Both the position numbers and the translations under genes were made by a program. 32,001 nucleotides of DNA from Piromyces finnis finn (lineage: Eukaryota > Fungi > Neocallimastigomycota). The DNA lies in contig MCFH01000131.1 of the NCBI GenBank assembly GCA_002104945.1, positions 1 through 32,001 on the forward strand, written 5' to 3'. The notes below the pieces were generated by a model that was not told the DNA's origin, did not search any database, and saw only the letters and a program-made list of their open reading frames with translations. Of this stretch, positions 21,883-32,001 are shown in pieces. The first letter of the stretch is position 1, and every line of letters begins with the position of its first letter.

Positions 21883-22525
21883 TGTCAAGAGTTAGAGTGG
21901 ATTTAGAATTATAATTAAGTCTACTAGGTTAGGATAGGCTTAATTATATAGTAAATAATAAATTTTTATAAATAAAAGAGTAATAAATATAGTTTTTTAA
22001 GAAATATTTTATTTAATTTTTATAATATAAGTAAATGATAATTATTAATTTTAAATATTGAATTTACTATATAAAAATGAGTATAATAATCTCACAAAGA
22101 ACTTCTTAAAGTTGTTCTTTGTTCAACTTATTTATACTTCATTTTTAATATAATGTTGATATTAATAAAGTATAATAATAATATAATTTAAGTTATACAT
22201 GTATAATAATATAAATATAAATATTAATAAAATATAATAGTAATAATAATATAATTTTCTTTAAATATCGATATTAATAAGTTGTTAAAAATAATATTAA
22301 TAATTATTTAAATGAATCTTATTTTACTAATTGGTTTGTTTAATATTAATTAATTGTTACACTCTATTTATCTCCGGATAATAAATAGCTTTCCAATTAA
22401 TATTTATATTAAATAAACTATTATTAGTAAAATATTATTAAATTAATATTTTAATTAATTTAACTAATAATTCAAAATTATGAAATTTCATGAATTGTCA
22501 AATTTCATGAATTGTGATTTTGACA
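21883..22525. mobile_element. Family E solo-LTR-like insertion (643 bp)
   Basis: TGTCAA...TTGACA inverted termini; 5-bp TSD ACCAT at 21878-21882 and 22526-22530. Confidence 0.85.
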
Positions 22526-23013
22526 ACCATATATTCTGGTCACCATTTATTGGCCAGATATATGTATAACCATATATTAATGGTTATTAATTAAATAGGA
22601 AGTTTATTTACTTTACCCAATCAAGTGGTAAAGAAAATAAACTAATATAGTTAAATAGTATAGTTAAAACTAACGTTAAATACTTTAGCGTTAGTATTAA
22701 AGTAAATTAGTAACTATAATAATAATTAATGTATATAATTATAATTAATAAATAAAAGATATAATTAATATAAAATTATTTAAGTAAACATTATTTCATA
22801 AAATCTTTATACGTTTGTTTGTAATTATTTTAGTGTTATAATATTTATTTTATTTCTTTTATTATTTTTTATAAAACTTTATTTAGTTATTAACTCGTAT
22901 AGAGAGGTAATAACTAACTTAATTAGCTAAATATTAATAACTTATTAATTAATATTATAAAAACACCTTTTACATAGTATTTGATAAATAATTAAATTTA
23001 TAAATTATGAATT

Positions 23014-23014
<1 letters not shown>

Positions 23015-23056
<42 letters not shown>
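23015..23056. repeat. (ATA)14 microsatellite
   Basis: Read directly from the sequence. Confidence 0.9.
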
Positions 23057-24491
23057 TTAAAACACAGATAGTTAAAAATTAAAATAATTAACATGTATAA
23101 AATTATTAAATTAAAAACTATAAATGTAAACTTTTTGTCTATTTAATTGTTTATTTATTTTTAAATTAAATAGTTTATATTTGTTTATAATTATACTTTA
23201 AAATAATAATTTTGTATAAATAGTGATAGAATCATTTTATTTTAAAATTGTTCCTAATAATCCAGTAAAATTAGATAATAATATTAAATTTTATTAAAAT
23301 AATAGTTGTGATTATATTTACATACATTCAAGATGTATTAAACCATAACATATATATATTTAATAATACAAGAGTTATTAAATATTAAAACTTTATAATT
23401 AAATAAAATAATTTTATATTTTAAACTAACAAAGACTTGCAAATGAACAAGTATAAAAATCATTTATTCTATTTTTATTTTCTTATTTATTTTTATTTAT
23501 TAAATTTTAGATACAAATATTATCACTTTCTATATTCATTTATAGAATTAAGATAATATTTTTCTTCGTATCATATTCTGTTAAGGAATGAACATAAATA
23601 GTTGAATTAGCTAGAATTTTAGGATTTAACCTTCAACTATTTATATTCCTTACTAGTGTTTAACTCTATTTTTAAAATATAAAAATTATAATATATAATT
23701 TTTATACATTTTTCTAGTAATTATTAATATTTTTATTATATAGTTATATTATTTGTATATAGTTATTTAAGACCTTTATTATTAGTATTAGTATAATTAC
23801 TTATAATATTTTATACTTATAAAATTTTACAAAATTTTATTATTAAAATAGTTATAGGTATTTATTATTATTTAAGGTTTATTTTATTAATTAACTTTAT
23901 TGTATAATATTTTATAATTTGAAATTATGACATAGAATTTAATTATAATTTTTACTAAAAGAGGCAACTGTTACACACAAAACAGAAGATACCTCGACAG
24001 AAAAATTATTATTTATGTCTAAAAAAGGGCATAATTAATTGAATAATATAATTTTATTATATGTCATAATTAAATATATAATATATGATATGCAAAAATG
24101 TTACACATATCATAAATTAAAAATTTATTAATTATAAATTAAAAATTTTTCTATTCAAATATTAAGAGATTATTCATAATATATATTAAGGATTTAATTA
24201 ATATATGTTACAGTGAATGATCCATATATTATGAATGAAATCAATTTAAATCCTTAGCTATCCAAAACCATTAAATTTCAAATAATGGATAGTTGGAAAA
24301 AGTACGATGATTTTTGAGAAAAATTTTAAAAATTGAAAAATCAAAAATAAATTAAATGAATAAAAATTAAAATTAAATAAATTTTTATTTTTATAACTAT
24401 TCAAGTGTTTTGTGATATCTTATTTGAACCGTAGCAATTCATTACAGATATAAAGACATAAAATTCACTATTAATAAAATATTAAACTTAA

Positions 24492-26068
24492 TGTGAAGAT
24501 ATTAACTGGATTTAAAACAAATTCAGATAATATCTATAATTAATTAAACATAATAATTAGAATTAAATAATCCCAATAATTATTTTAAAACACCTTTAAA
24601 AAGTCACCTTTTAAATTCTGATTCAGTGAAAGGATTATGATTTCAAAAAATTTAATATCAATACACTATAACCCTTAACCAAAAATAAACAAACACGAAA
24701 CAAGGTGTAACTCGCCAAAAACGATCGCTACGGTTGTAAGTGATACGGCTGTGAAACCAAGTTTATTAGAAAGCTTAAGGAAAAAGCTACATTTTGGTAC
24801 AATCGCGGTCCTTCTAACTGGTCATTTAAGGAAGATATGATCATTTGAAGATTTTAATAAGTAAATTAAAATTAATATGATATCAAGTATGGATCATAGA
24901 CATTTCTTATGACTTGACGAAAATTAAAAAGATATCAATAGAAATTCTAATTATATTAATTTAATTAATGATAGTGACTGTTACTAAAAATAGAACTAAA
25001 CCATTTAGGTGTAACGGTTAACATTTATAAATTAAATAATTTTAATTATTATAAAATAGGTTAATGGATCAAGTGTTTAAATGTGATATGAAATTAATAT
25101 GTCTAGCTACATATTAGCCAATATTTAAAATAATTTTTATTATTTAAAATATTCAATTTCATCTTTAAAAATTTATATATAATATTTCATAATAATAATA
25201 TAATAATTGATATATATTATAATACATTATTTATATATTAGTTATAGAATTCATGTACATATTTCATTATATTCTTAAATATTAATATTATATATTAGTA
25301 TTAATTTTATTGTAATACTTATTTGTATTACATTACCTTTCCTTATATAGTAATATTTCATATAAAATGTAAAATATATTATACTATATCCTATTTAATT
25401 ATTATTCATATATTATGAATACATTACATTATATAATTGATATTCAATTATATTATAGGAATTTTATAATATAAAAATATTCATGTAAAAATAATTAATA
25501 ATTAGAAAGAGAAGAGCTTTAATAATTAATAAGAAAATATTATAAGTGAAATTATTAATAAGAGAGAAGTTAATAGTAATAAAATATTTTTCACCTAATA
25601 TAATAAATTATAAATAAACTAATATTAAATTACTACAACATAAAAGAAACTTATATCAAATGATTAATCATATGTTTATTTTATTTTATGTCATGACAAA
25701 ACAAACAAACAAACAAACAAACAATCTTATTATATTATTAACATATTACATGTAATACTTTATTTTTATCAATTTAATAATCTGAACAAAGAATATAAAA
25801 TAGAATGAATTGAATTCGATTTTAATTCTTTGTAAAGATTATAGTTATAATCTTAATTATATAGTTATTAAATATATTATCATTTATATTATTATTAATA
25901 AATAAATAAAATTTTATAAAAAAGTTATTCTAAAGAATAAATATTAATTTCTCATTTGGAAGTTTAAAGGGTTATTTTATATTTAAATTTAATTTCTTAA
26001 AAAACATATTTACTATATAATTGATAACATTCTGACCTGGCCGCATAACCAAATCCAAAAACTTAACA
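24492..26068 (+). mobile_element. Family B solo-LTR-like element, copy 3, with a nested insertion
   Basis: TG...CA ends; perfect 5-bp TSD CTTAA at 24487-24491 and 26069-26073. Confidence 0.92.
25084..25658. mobile_element. Family D solo-LTR-like insertion (575 bp)
   Basis: TGATAT...ATATCA inverted ends; 4-bp TSD AATG at 25080-25083 and 25659-25662. The empty site is visible in B copies 1 and 2. Confidence 0.85.
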
Positions 26069-26734
26069 CTTAAATTATTAGCTATTTCTATGTTTCCTAC
26101 ATTTACAATACATTATATAAAAATTTACTACATTACGTATACACTATTTGTTTAGATCATATGAATTATTATTATATTTCATCTTATTTAAGTCTTATTT
26201 ATTATTTTACACTTTATTTCATATCATAAAGCTAAGTTTAAAACCTAGAAAAATGAATGAATGAATAGATAAATAATAATAAACAGCAATCTAAATTTAG
26301 AATGAAATATTTAAAGAGCAAGCATGAAATTTTAACTTTAAAATTAAATTCAAAAATTTAAAATATTAAGAAAATTTTATAATCAATTTTGAATTTAGAA
26401 ATTTTTAATTACATTATTTTGAAATTAGAATTTTATGAAAAACATAATTTAAATTTAAGCAAAAACGATTTTAATTTTGAAAATAATATTTTATTTTAAG
26501 GCATAAATATAGTAATTTAAAAATATAAAAAATAAGTAAATTTTCTTAATTTTAATAAATAATTCAAATTTTATAAATAAACAATTACATTTTCAATAAG
26601 TTTATTTTATCTAAAACAAATAGTGTAAATTCAAAAGTAAATCCAAAATACTATTTTATATAATATTATTTTTTAAAGTATATTAATAATAATAAAATAA
26701 TAATAAAATAGTATATATATATAAAAGAATAGAA

Positions 26735-27030
26735 ATGAGGATACATATTAATTTAAATTATACACTAAACATTTTGTACGATATAAAAGTTTTATCTTTA
26801 ATCATAGCTTTAATTAATGTAACTTATATTTCAGCAACCCGAGGTGTATACAAAGTCATTAACGTTAAATAGCATATTAAAAAAAGAGATAAAGCTAGTG
26901 TAGTAAATGATTTTATGAATTAATACTCTATAACACTAAAGGTAATATTTAGTGCAGTAAAGGATTTCCATTGTTGGTTCGTTAAATAATGGAACAATTA
27001 CCTTCAGGTCAATAAAATAAGGAAATTAAA
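26735..27030 (+). pseudogene. Possible decayed secreted-protein gene fragment
   Basis: ATG...hydrophobic VLSLIIALINV...VK*HIKKRD, with in-frame stops. Weak evidence. Confidence 0.2.
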
Positions 27031-28468
27031 TCTATGCCTAAAAGGATAATTTCAGTACTAATTACTTTTAAAGATGAAACTAAAATTATATTACATATAT
27101 AAAATCATTAATAATAATGTTAAAATTGATGCTTTTCTAAATGTTATTATTGCAATACTTTAAAAAATAGAAAGGAAGAATAGTGTTATTACTTGTTTTG
27201 TTAAAAATCCATTTGATAATAGTTTGGGGGTGTTATTGTGTCACAACTCATACATATTATTATTTATAACTATTGGGGTTATTGGATTGGTTATAAAGGT
27301 GTTTATATATTTGATAGTAAGGGTAAATATGATTTTATTATCAATAGATATTGGTTTTTATCATGCTTTCTTTCATAATAAATAATGAATATGATGATAT
27401 AGTTGAGATTTTCCACAGGAAAAAATGACAAAAAATAGATTAAATAAATATAAGAATTATGGTTCTAGTTTCAGTGGAATTATGAATTATGAGCAAACAT
27501 TCACTTAAAATTAAATTAGACTCCATGAAAACTTAAAAATATTCAACTGAAAAAATTTAATCTTATTCTTTCTCTTTATAATTCATTTTTCAATAACTAT
27601 CATAATTTTATCCAGGAATTCTTAATAACCATTTATTTTTTTTTTTACTAAATTTCTTTTAGATTTGAAAGTGATTATATTGTGAAAAAAGAACGGAAAA
27701 TCAAAGAAATGATCTACCTGTTGTCAATATATTAAATTATTAATATAATATAGAGTAAATTCTATTAAGGTTACTAAAATATAATATAGGATGATATAAA
27801 ACCAAAAGAATATTTTTCTTAATAAATGGCGTAAAATTTGATTAATATTTAATCCATAATAAATATTAAATCACTTGAGTTATAATCTAATTCTTCATTG
27901 AAAATATTTCATCACTTATTTTATTTGTGATTAAATATAAGCAAGAGTCCTTCTGGGCATAGAAATTCCAATTCTTTATTATCAAATATATATATATATT
28001 AGTATATTTTAAAAATTTTAGTTGAAATTTTTAGTTTTGTTTAAAAAAACCACCATATATAGTCCTTTAGTATTTTTGTACTATGTTCAATGTAAGCAAG
28101 AAACATCCTTGTCAAATAATATATATATATATATATATTTTAAATAAAAATACACATCTTTAACAAGTTTTGTAAAAAAATAAAGATTTAATAATAAAAC
28201 ATATATATATATATATATATTAAATTTAAATATTTCGTTTGTTAAATTTTCATGAAATGAATTATATATGGCTATTCTCTACCTTTTTGTAAATTATATA
28301 TAAAAATATACTACTTAATTATGTATATTAAGGTTTGCTTATGAAAATTTTCCGATATTATAAAATAAAAGTAATCCAATAAAAATCAAAAAATTTTTTT
28401 AAAAAGATAATAATTAAAAAGTATTAAACAAAAAAAACTTGGAGCTTTTAAAACATATTTATTAATAG

Positions 28469-28951
28469 TGTAATTATAGAAATGAAGCATCAACTTCAAC
28501 ATCACATAACAAAAACAATAGAATTGAAGCATCAACTTCAACGTCACATAATAAAAACCTAATAAATACATTCACTAATTATGAAAGTAAAGAAGCAATT
28601 TTAACATCTCATAATAAAAGCCTAATAAATGCATTCGCTAATTATGGAAGTGAAGCATCAACTTCAACGTCACATAATAAATACAATAATAATCTAATAA
28701 ATGCATTATCATACTACCAATACTCGTCAATATCAAATCCACCTCCATATTATCTTATTCCTGAATTAGAAGATTCAAACAATAAATTTTACTACCCATA
28801 TCAACATAATAATACTTCAATTTCTTTTGATCAAAGTAACGGTTCATCTTCTCACAACTATCCGCATCATAATTATTCTAATGACAATCAGTATAATAAA
28901 TATTTCGATAATGGTTTTTTAATTCCAAGTACTTCTTCAAGACATGGCTGA
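28469..28951 (+). pseudogene. Probable host-gene exon (Ser/Thr/Asn/His-rich with EASTSTSHNK repeats), truncated by a LINE fragment
   Basis: About 160 open codons with no ATG, starting after TAATAG (possible splice acceptor). Four EA(S/I)(T/L)..SHNK repeats. The stop at 28949-28951 lies at the LINE junction. Confidence 0.5.
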
Positions 28952-29830
28952 GAATAGATTCCTTTTCCTCAATACATTTTAATCTATTCCATTTCAGAAT
29001 TTTCTTAGGAACATTAAAGTCATTAGAAAAATCTTCCATAGGAATAATTTTACCATTAATAAGAAGTGGCTTATGGTCTGAAACAGGATAAAAATTATTT
29101 ATAAATGATCCTGAGTGAATAAGATCTTTCATCTTCGAATTGATAAGAGCATGGTCAATGTTGGAAGATTGATCAGTTCGAGTCCAAGAGATAGAAGAAC
29201 TTTTAAGTGGAAGAATTTCCCAATCTCCTAATCCATTAGTTGATAACCAGTTGGATAATTTTACTTTAGACATATTAAAATCACCAACAAGAATCGATGG
29301 ATGGGATGAATGAGTTTGTAACCACAAGCGAACTTCTAACTTTGCATGATCAACATAGATGTTGTGATGACTATGAGGCATATAAACATTTCCAATCGAG
29401 CATTTGAATCTATTCCAGAGACTAAAAGTCTAAAAGTATAAATAGAAATAATATACTTTCCAGAGAAGTTTTCAAGTGAGGCTTGACACGAATTGTGAAA
29501 ACCTAAATATAAACCTCTCATTCCCGGAACTGATTCATCAGCTTTCTTGAAAAAGTGTCTATAGTTTCGCAAAGTAACACGACAAGGATAATCTGTATTC
29601 GAACCAGAACCATTACCAGTTTCTTGGAAACATAAAAATAATGGTTTGAAAATAGCTGTGAAATAGCTAATACTATCTCTCTTTTCGTGATTCCACCCAT
29701 TGGTGTTCCAACTAAGACAAAAAGAAAGTTATCAGGCTTGTTGGATGAGGAAGAATCGTTGCTATTATTATTATTTAAAGTCATCATTATTAATGGATGA
29801 TGCATCAGAGGAATAAGTAGAATTATTACT
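28945..29830 (-). mobile_element. Non-LTR retrotransposon fragment: frameshifted APE endonuclease domain (start of ORF2), cut on its 3' side
   Basis: Across frames: LSWNTNGW, LCFQETG, GNVYMP, LVGDFN, SNIDH and SDHKPL. Confidence 0.88.
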
Positions 29831-29833
29831 AGA

Positions 29834-31860
29834 TTTTTTTTTTTAGACTAGAAAGAGAATACACATCTTTTATTTATTTATTTAATTAGTGATATTACAT
29901 AAATTAGGTGATAATACATATTGATATTGATATAATAAATAATAAATAAAATAATAAAATATATATAAATAAAATATAAATATAAAAAAATATAAATAAT
30001 TATTTAAGTTGCATAAAAGTTCAATGAACTCTGCAATTTGTACTGTGTGGGATTGGTCCCTACCTAATAAATTAAATGAAATAAAAAAAAGAAGTAACAT
30101 CAGGTATGATAGTGTGGTGTCCACTAAACTCTCCCATGAGTTCATAATGTTTTCATTCGAATTTGAGGAAATACAACATTGAACCCTGTGTACGGAACAT
30201 TGGAATGTTCCTTTGCCATATCGGTACGACGTCGGCGCTCTTGATTACGTTAGGTGTCTTACTAAACCTATCAAAAAGTAGCCTCATAGAGCTACTGATG
30301 ATAGGGATTGTTTTAGTAAGAAATGCCGCGAGACCCTCTACATATGGAACATGAGACCCCGATGAACTGTAAAGCTGTTCATTCAAATATCTTTGTTCCG
30401 CCTTATCGATTTGTAACTCATCATAAGCTAAAGTTCCACCAAGAAGGAACGTAAAAATATAGTTATAAATTGTTTTTCTTACTTCCGTTTCGGGGAGTAA
30501 GTATGTGATGAATTGATTCTTATATTTATTGTAAAAAAGGGTAAAAAGATCGTCAAGAAAGCTAAGTGAAGAAGCTCTGTATTCAGAGAATACAGAACAT
30601 TCTAATATCCAATGATAAAAGATTGTTCGTCATATCCGCAACATGGAAAGACACGAGGGCAGTCAGGAGTAACTCTATTACTGGCAATAGCAATTCGGGT
30701 AGTATTTTCATAACCGCATCGAATACGAATAATCCAGGTAATTCCTAATTTAAGTGAGGTATGTTGAGACCGATATGCATTAGGCGATCTGAATTAAGGA
30801 ATTTGTTGTTAGTATATCTGAGGGATTTACTTCCATTATTTAGGCTACTATTATTCCAATAATGTTCTCTAATATCTTTAGTACTTTTAATATTTATTTT
30901 CATGAGCTTCTTATGAGTGAACAAGATTCTTTGGCCCAAGAGTAATGAGACATGGGAGGAATAGATCGGACGAGATCTTTAATAATACAGTTTGATTTTC
31001 TCCATTTAACAAAGCATTTCACTTATTGCACAGCACAAATATCTGAAAGGGTAGGAATCTTCATATCTCTTGTAAGAGCATACAGACTAATAAATGAATT
31101 TCGTTCAAAAACAAAATCTTTGTTATTAAAACTTTTATTGTGAAAGCTATTGACACTCCAAAGAACAGCAGTATTGATAAGAGATTGGACTTTTCTAGTT
31201 CTATTTTTGTTGGAACCAAGTAAAGGAGCATAATAAGAAACTTTACTTAAAATATAAGAATGAATTACTATATTTTTTAAGCCAATAGGAACACAATTGT
31301 TGGTGAGGAAGTTCTTAAAAGAGAATAAAGATTTCTGAACTTTTTTGTACATATTAGACAGAATAGGAGTCAAAGAAAGATTTCGTCGAATGGGATTCCA
31401 AGATAAGTATAGCAAGAAACCTTTGGAATCGAGTACATACCGATGTAAAATGTTGGATCGACATAACTAGGGGATCTATTAAAGTTAATAGGTTTAACAA
31501 CAATAGTTGCACACTTATTTATTCCAAAAGACATTTCATTTAAATTAGCCCAATCAAGGACTAGATTGAGCATCTTTTGAAGGTTCTTCTTACTAGGAGC
31601 AATCAAAACAATATCATCAGCAAAAAGGCCACCACAACAACGTTTATTTCCTAAGCTAACTCCAAGCCTTTCACATTTATTTAAAATATCATTGATAAAG
31701 AGGTTAAAAAGTATAGGAGAAAGAGGACATCCTTGTCTTACACCACGGTTTATAGGGAATTCATTGGAAAGCATATCCAAAAAACGTGCACGAGCTTTAG
31801 AGTAGAGTAGAGATTATTGAGAAAATCAAAACATTTACCACGTATACCTAATTTGATATA
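29834..31860 (-). mobile_element. 5'-truncated non-LTR retrotransposon (LINE): RT, C-terminal CCHC zinc finger, 3' UTR and poly(A); decayed
   Basis: LGIRGK, GVRQGCPLSPILFN, LFADD, YLGIPF, then CP..PCCG..EQSF.HWILEC across a frameshift. Last stop at about 30153. AATAAA-rich stretch, then an A11 tail (T run at 29834-29844). Confidence 0.9.
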
Positions 31861-32001
31861 ATTTGATAATAATCTTAATTTTGAATTTTACTTCAAAAAG
31901 TGATTATTATATTATATCTTTTGTTATAACTATATAAGTTATATTGATTAAGATTTAAAATCGTTTTTATAAAAATTAATTTTTTTTTAAAAAAATTGTT
32001 T

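Larger units (their letters stand above)
18831..22974 (+). repeat. Third G LTR, broken into pieces (18831-18834, 19665-19714, 22531-22974) by nested insertions
   Basis: Removing the inserts and their TSDs rebuilds TGTAAGAAAT...GAAACCATATATTCTGG...CCTTTTACA. It is not followed by the PBS. Confidence 0.88.

Noticed and set aside
27986-28220. Three (TA)n runs
   Set aside because: Ordinary microsatellites in very AT-rich DNA with no shared flanking structure.
28386-28571. 61-aa minus-strand ORF
   Set aside because: Antisense of the repetitive plus-strand exon, with low complexity.
29882-31143. Small ORFs in the track here (87, 63, 60, 64 and 63 aa) as separate genes
   Set aside because: They are frameshifted pieces, UTR or antisense shadows of the decayed LINE.

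Overview
Very AT-rich eukaryotic DNA. The composition and element types suggest an anaerobic gut fungus (Neocallimastigomycota), which is an inference. Positions 1-26068 form a nest of LTR retrotransposons. (i) A complete 3.95-kb non-autonomous Ty1/copia-type element (626-4572, minus strand) has 217-bp LTRs and an ATTTG target-site duplication (TSD). It has no gag/pol but carries an intact 102-aa orphan ORF. Its primer-binding site (PBS) matches the anticodon arm of tRNA-Lys(CUU), which points to half-tRNA priming. (ii) A related copia RT-RNase H fragment lies at 6769-8928. (iii) A chromovirus integrase-chromodomain fragment sits between two inverted LTRs (8929-12231). (iv) A near full-length Ty3/gypsy element (12232-18825) has two nonsense codons and a Tf1-type self-priming PBS; a second LTR family at 5681-6135 shows the same signature. 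(v) Several solo LTRs with TSDs are stacked at or inside a further copy of that gypsy LTR. There is also TSD-swap evidence for an LTR-mediated inversion at 1-5680. The right end holds a probable host exon cut by an antisense non-LTR (LINE) endonuclease fragment, preceded on the minus strand by a 5'-truncated LINE RT-zinc finger copy with a poly(A) tail. Family letters (A-J) are my own labels, and all alignments were done by eye.
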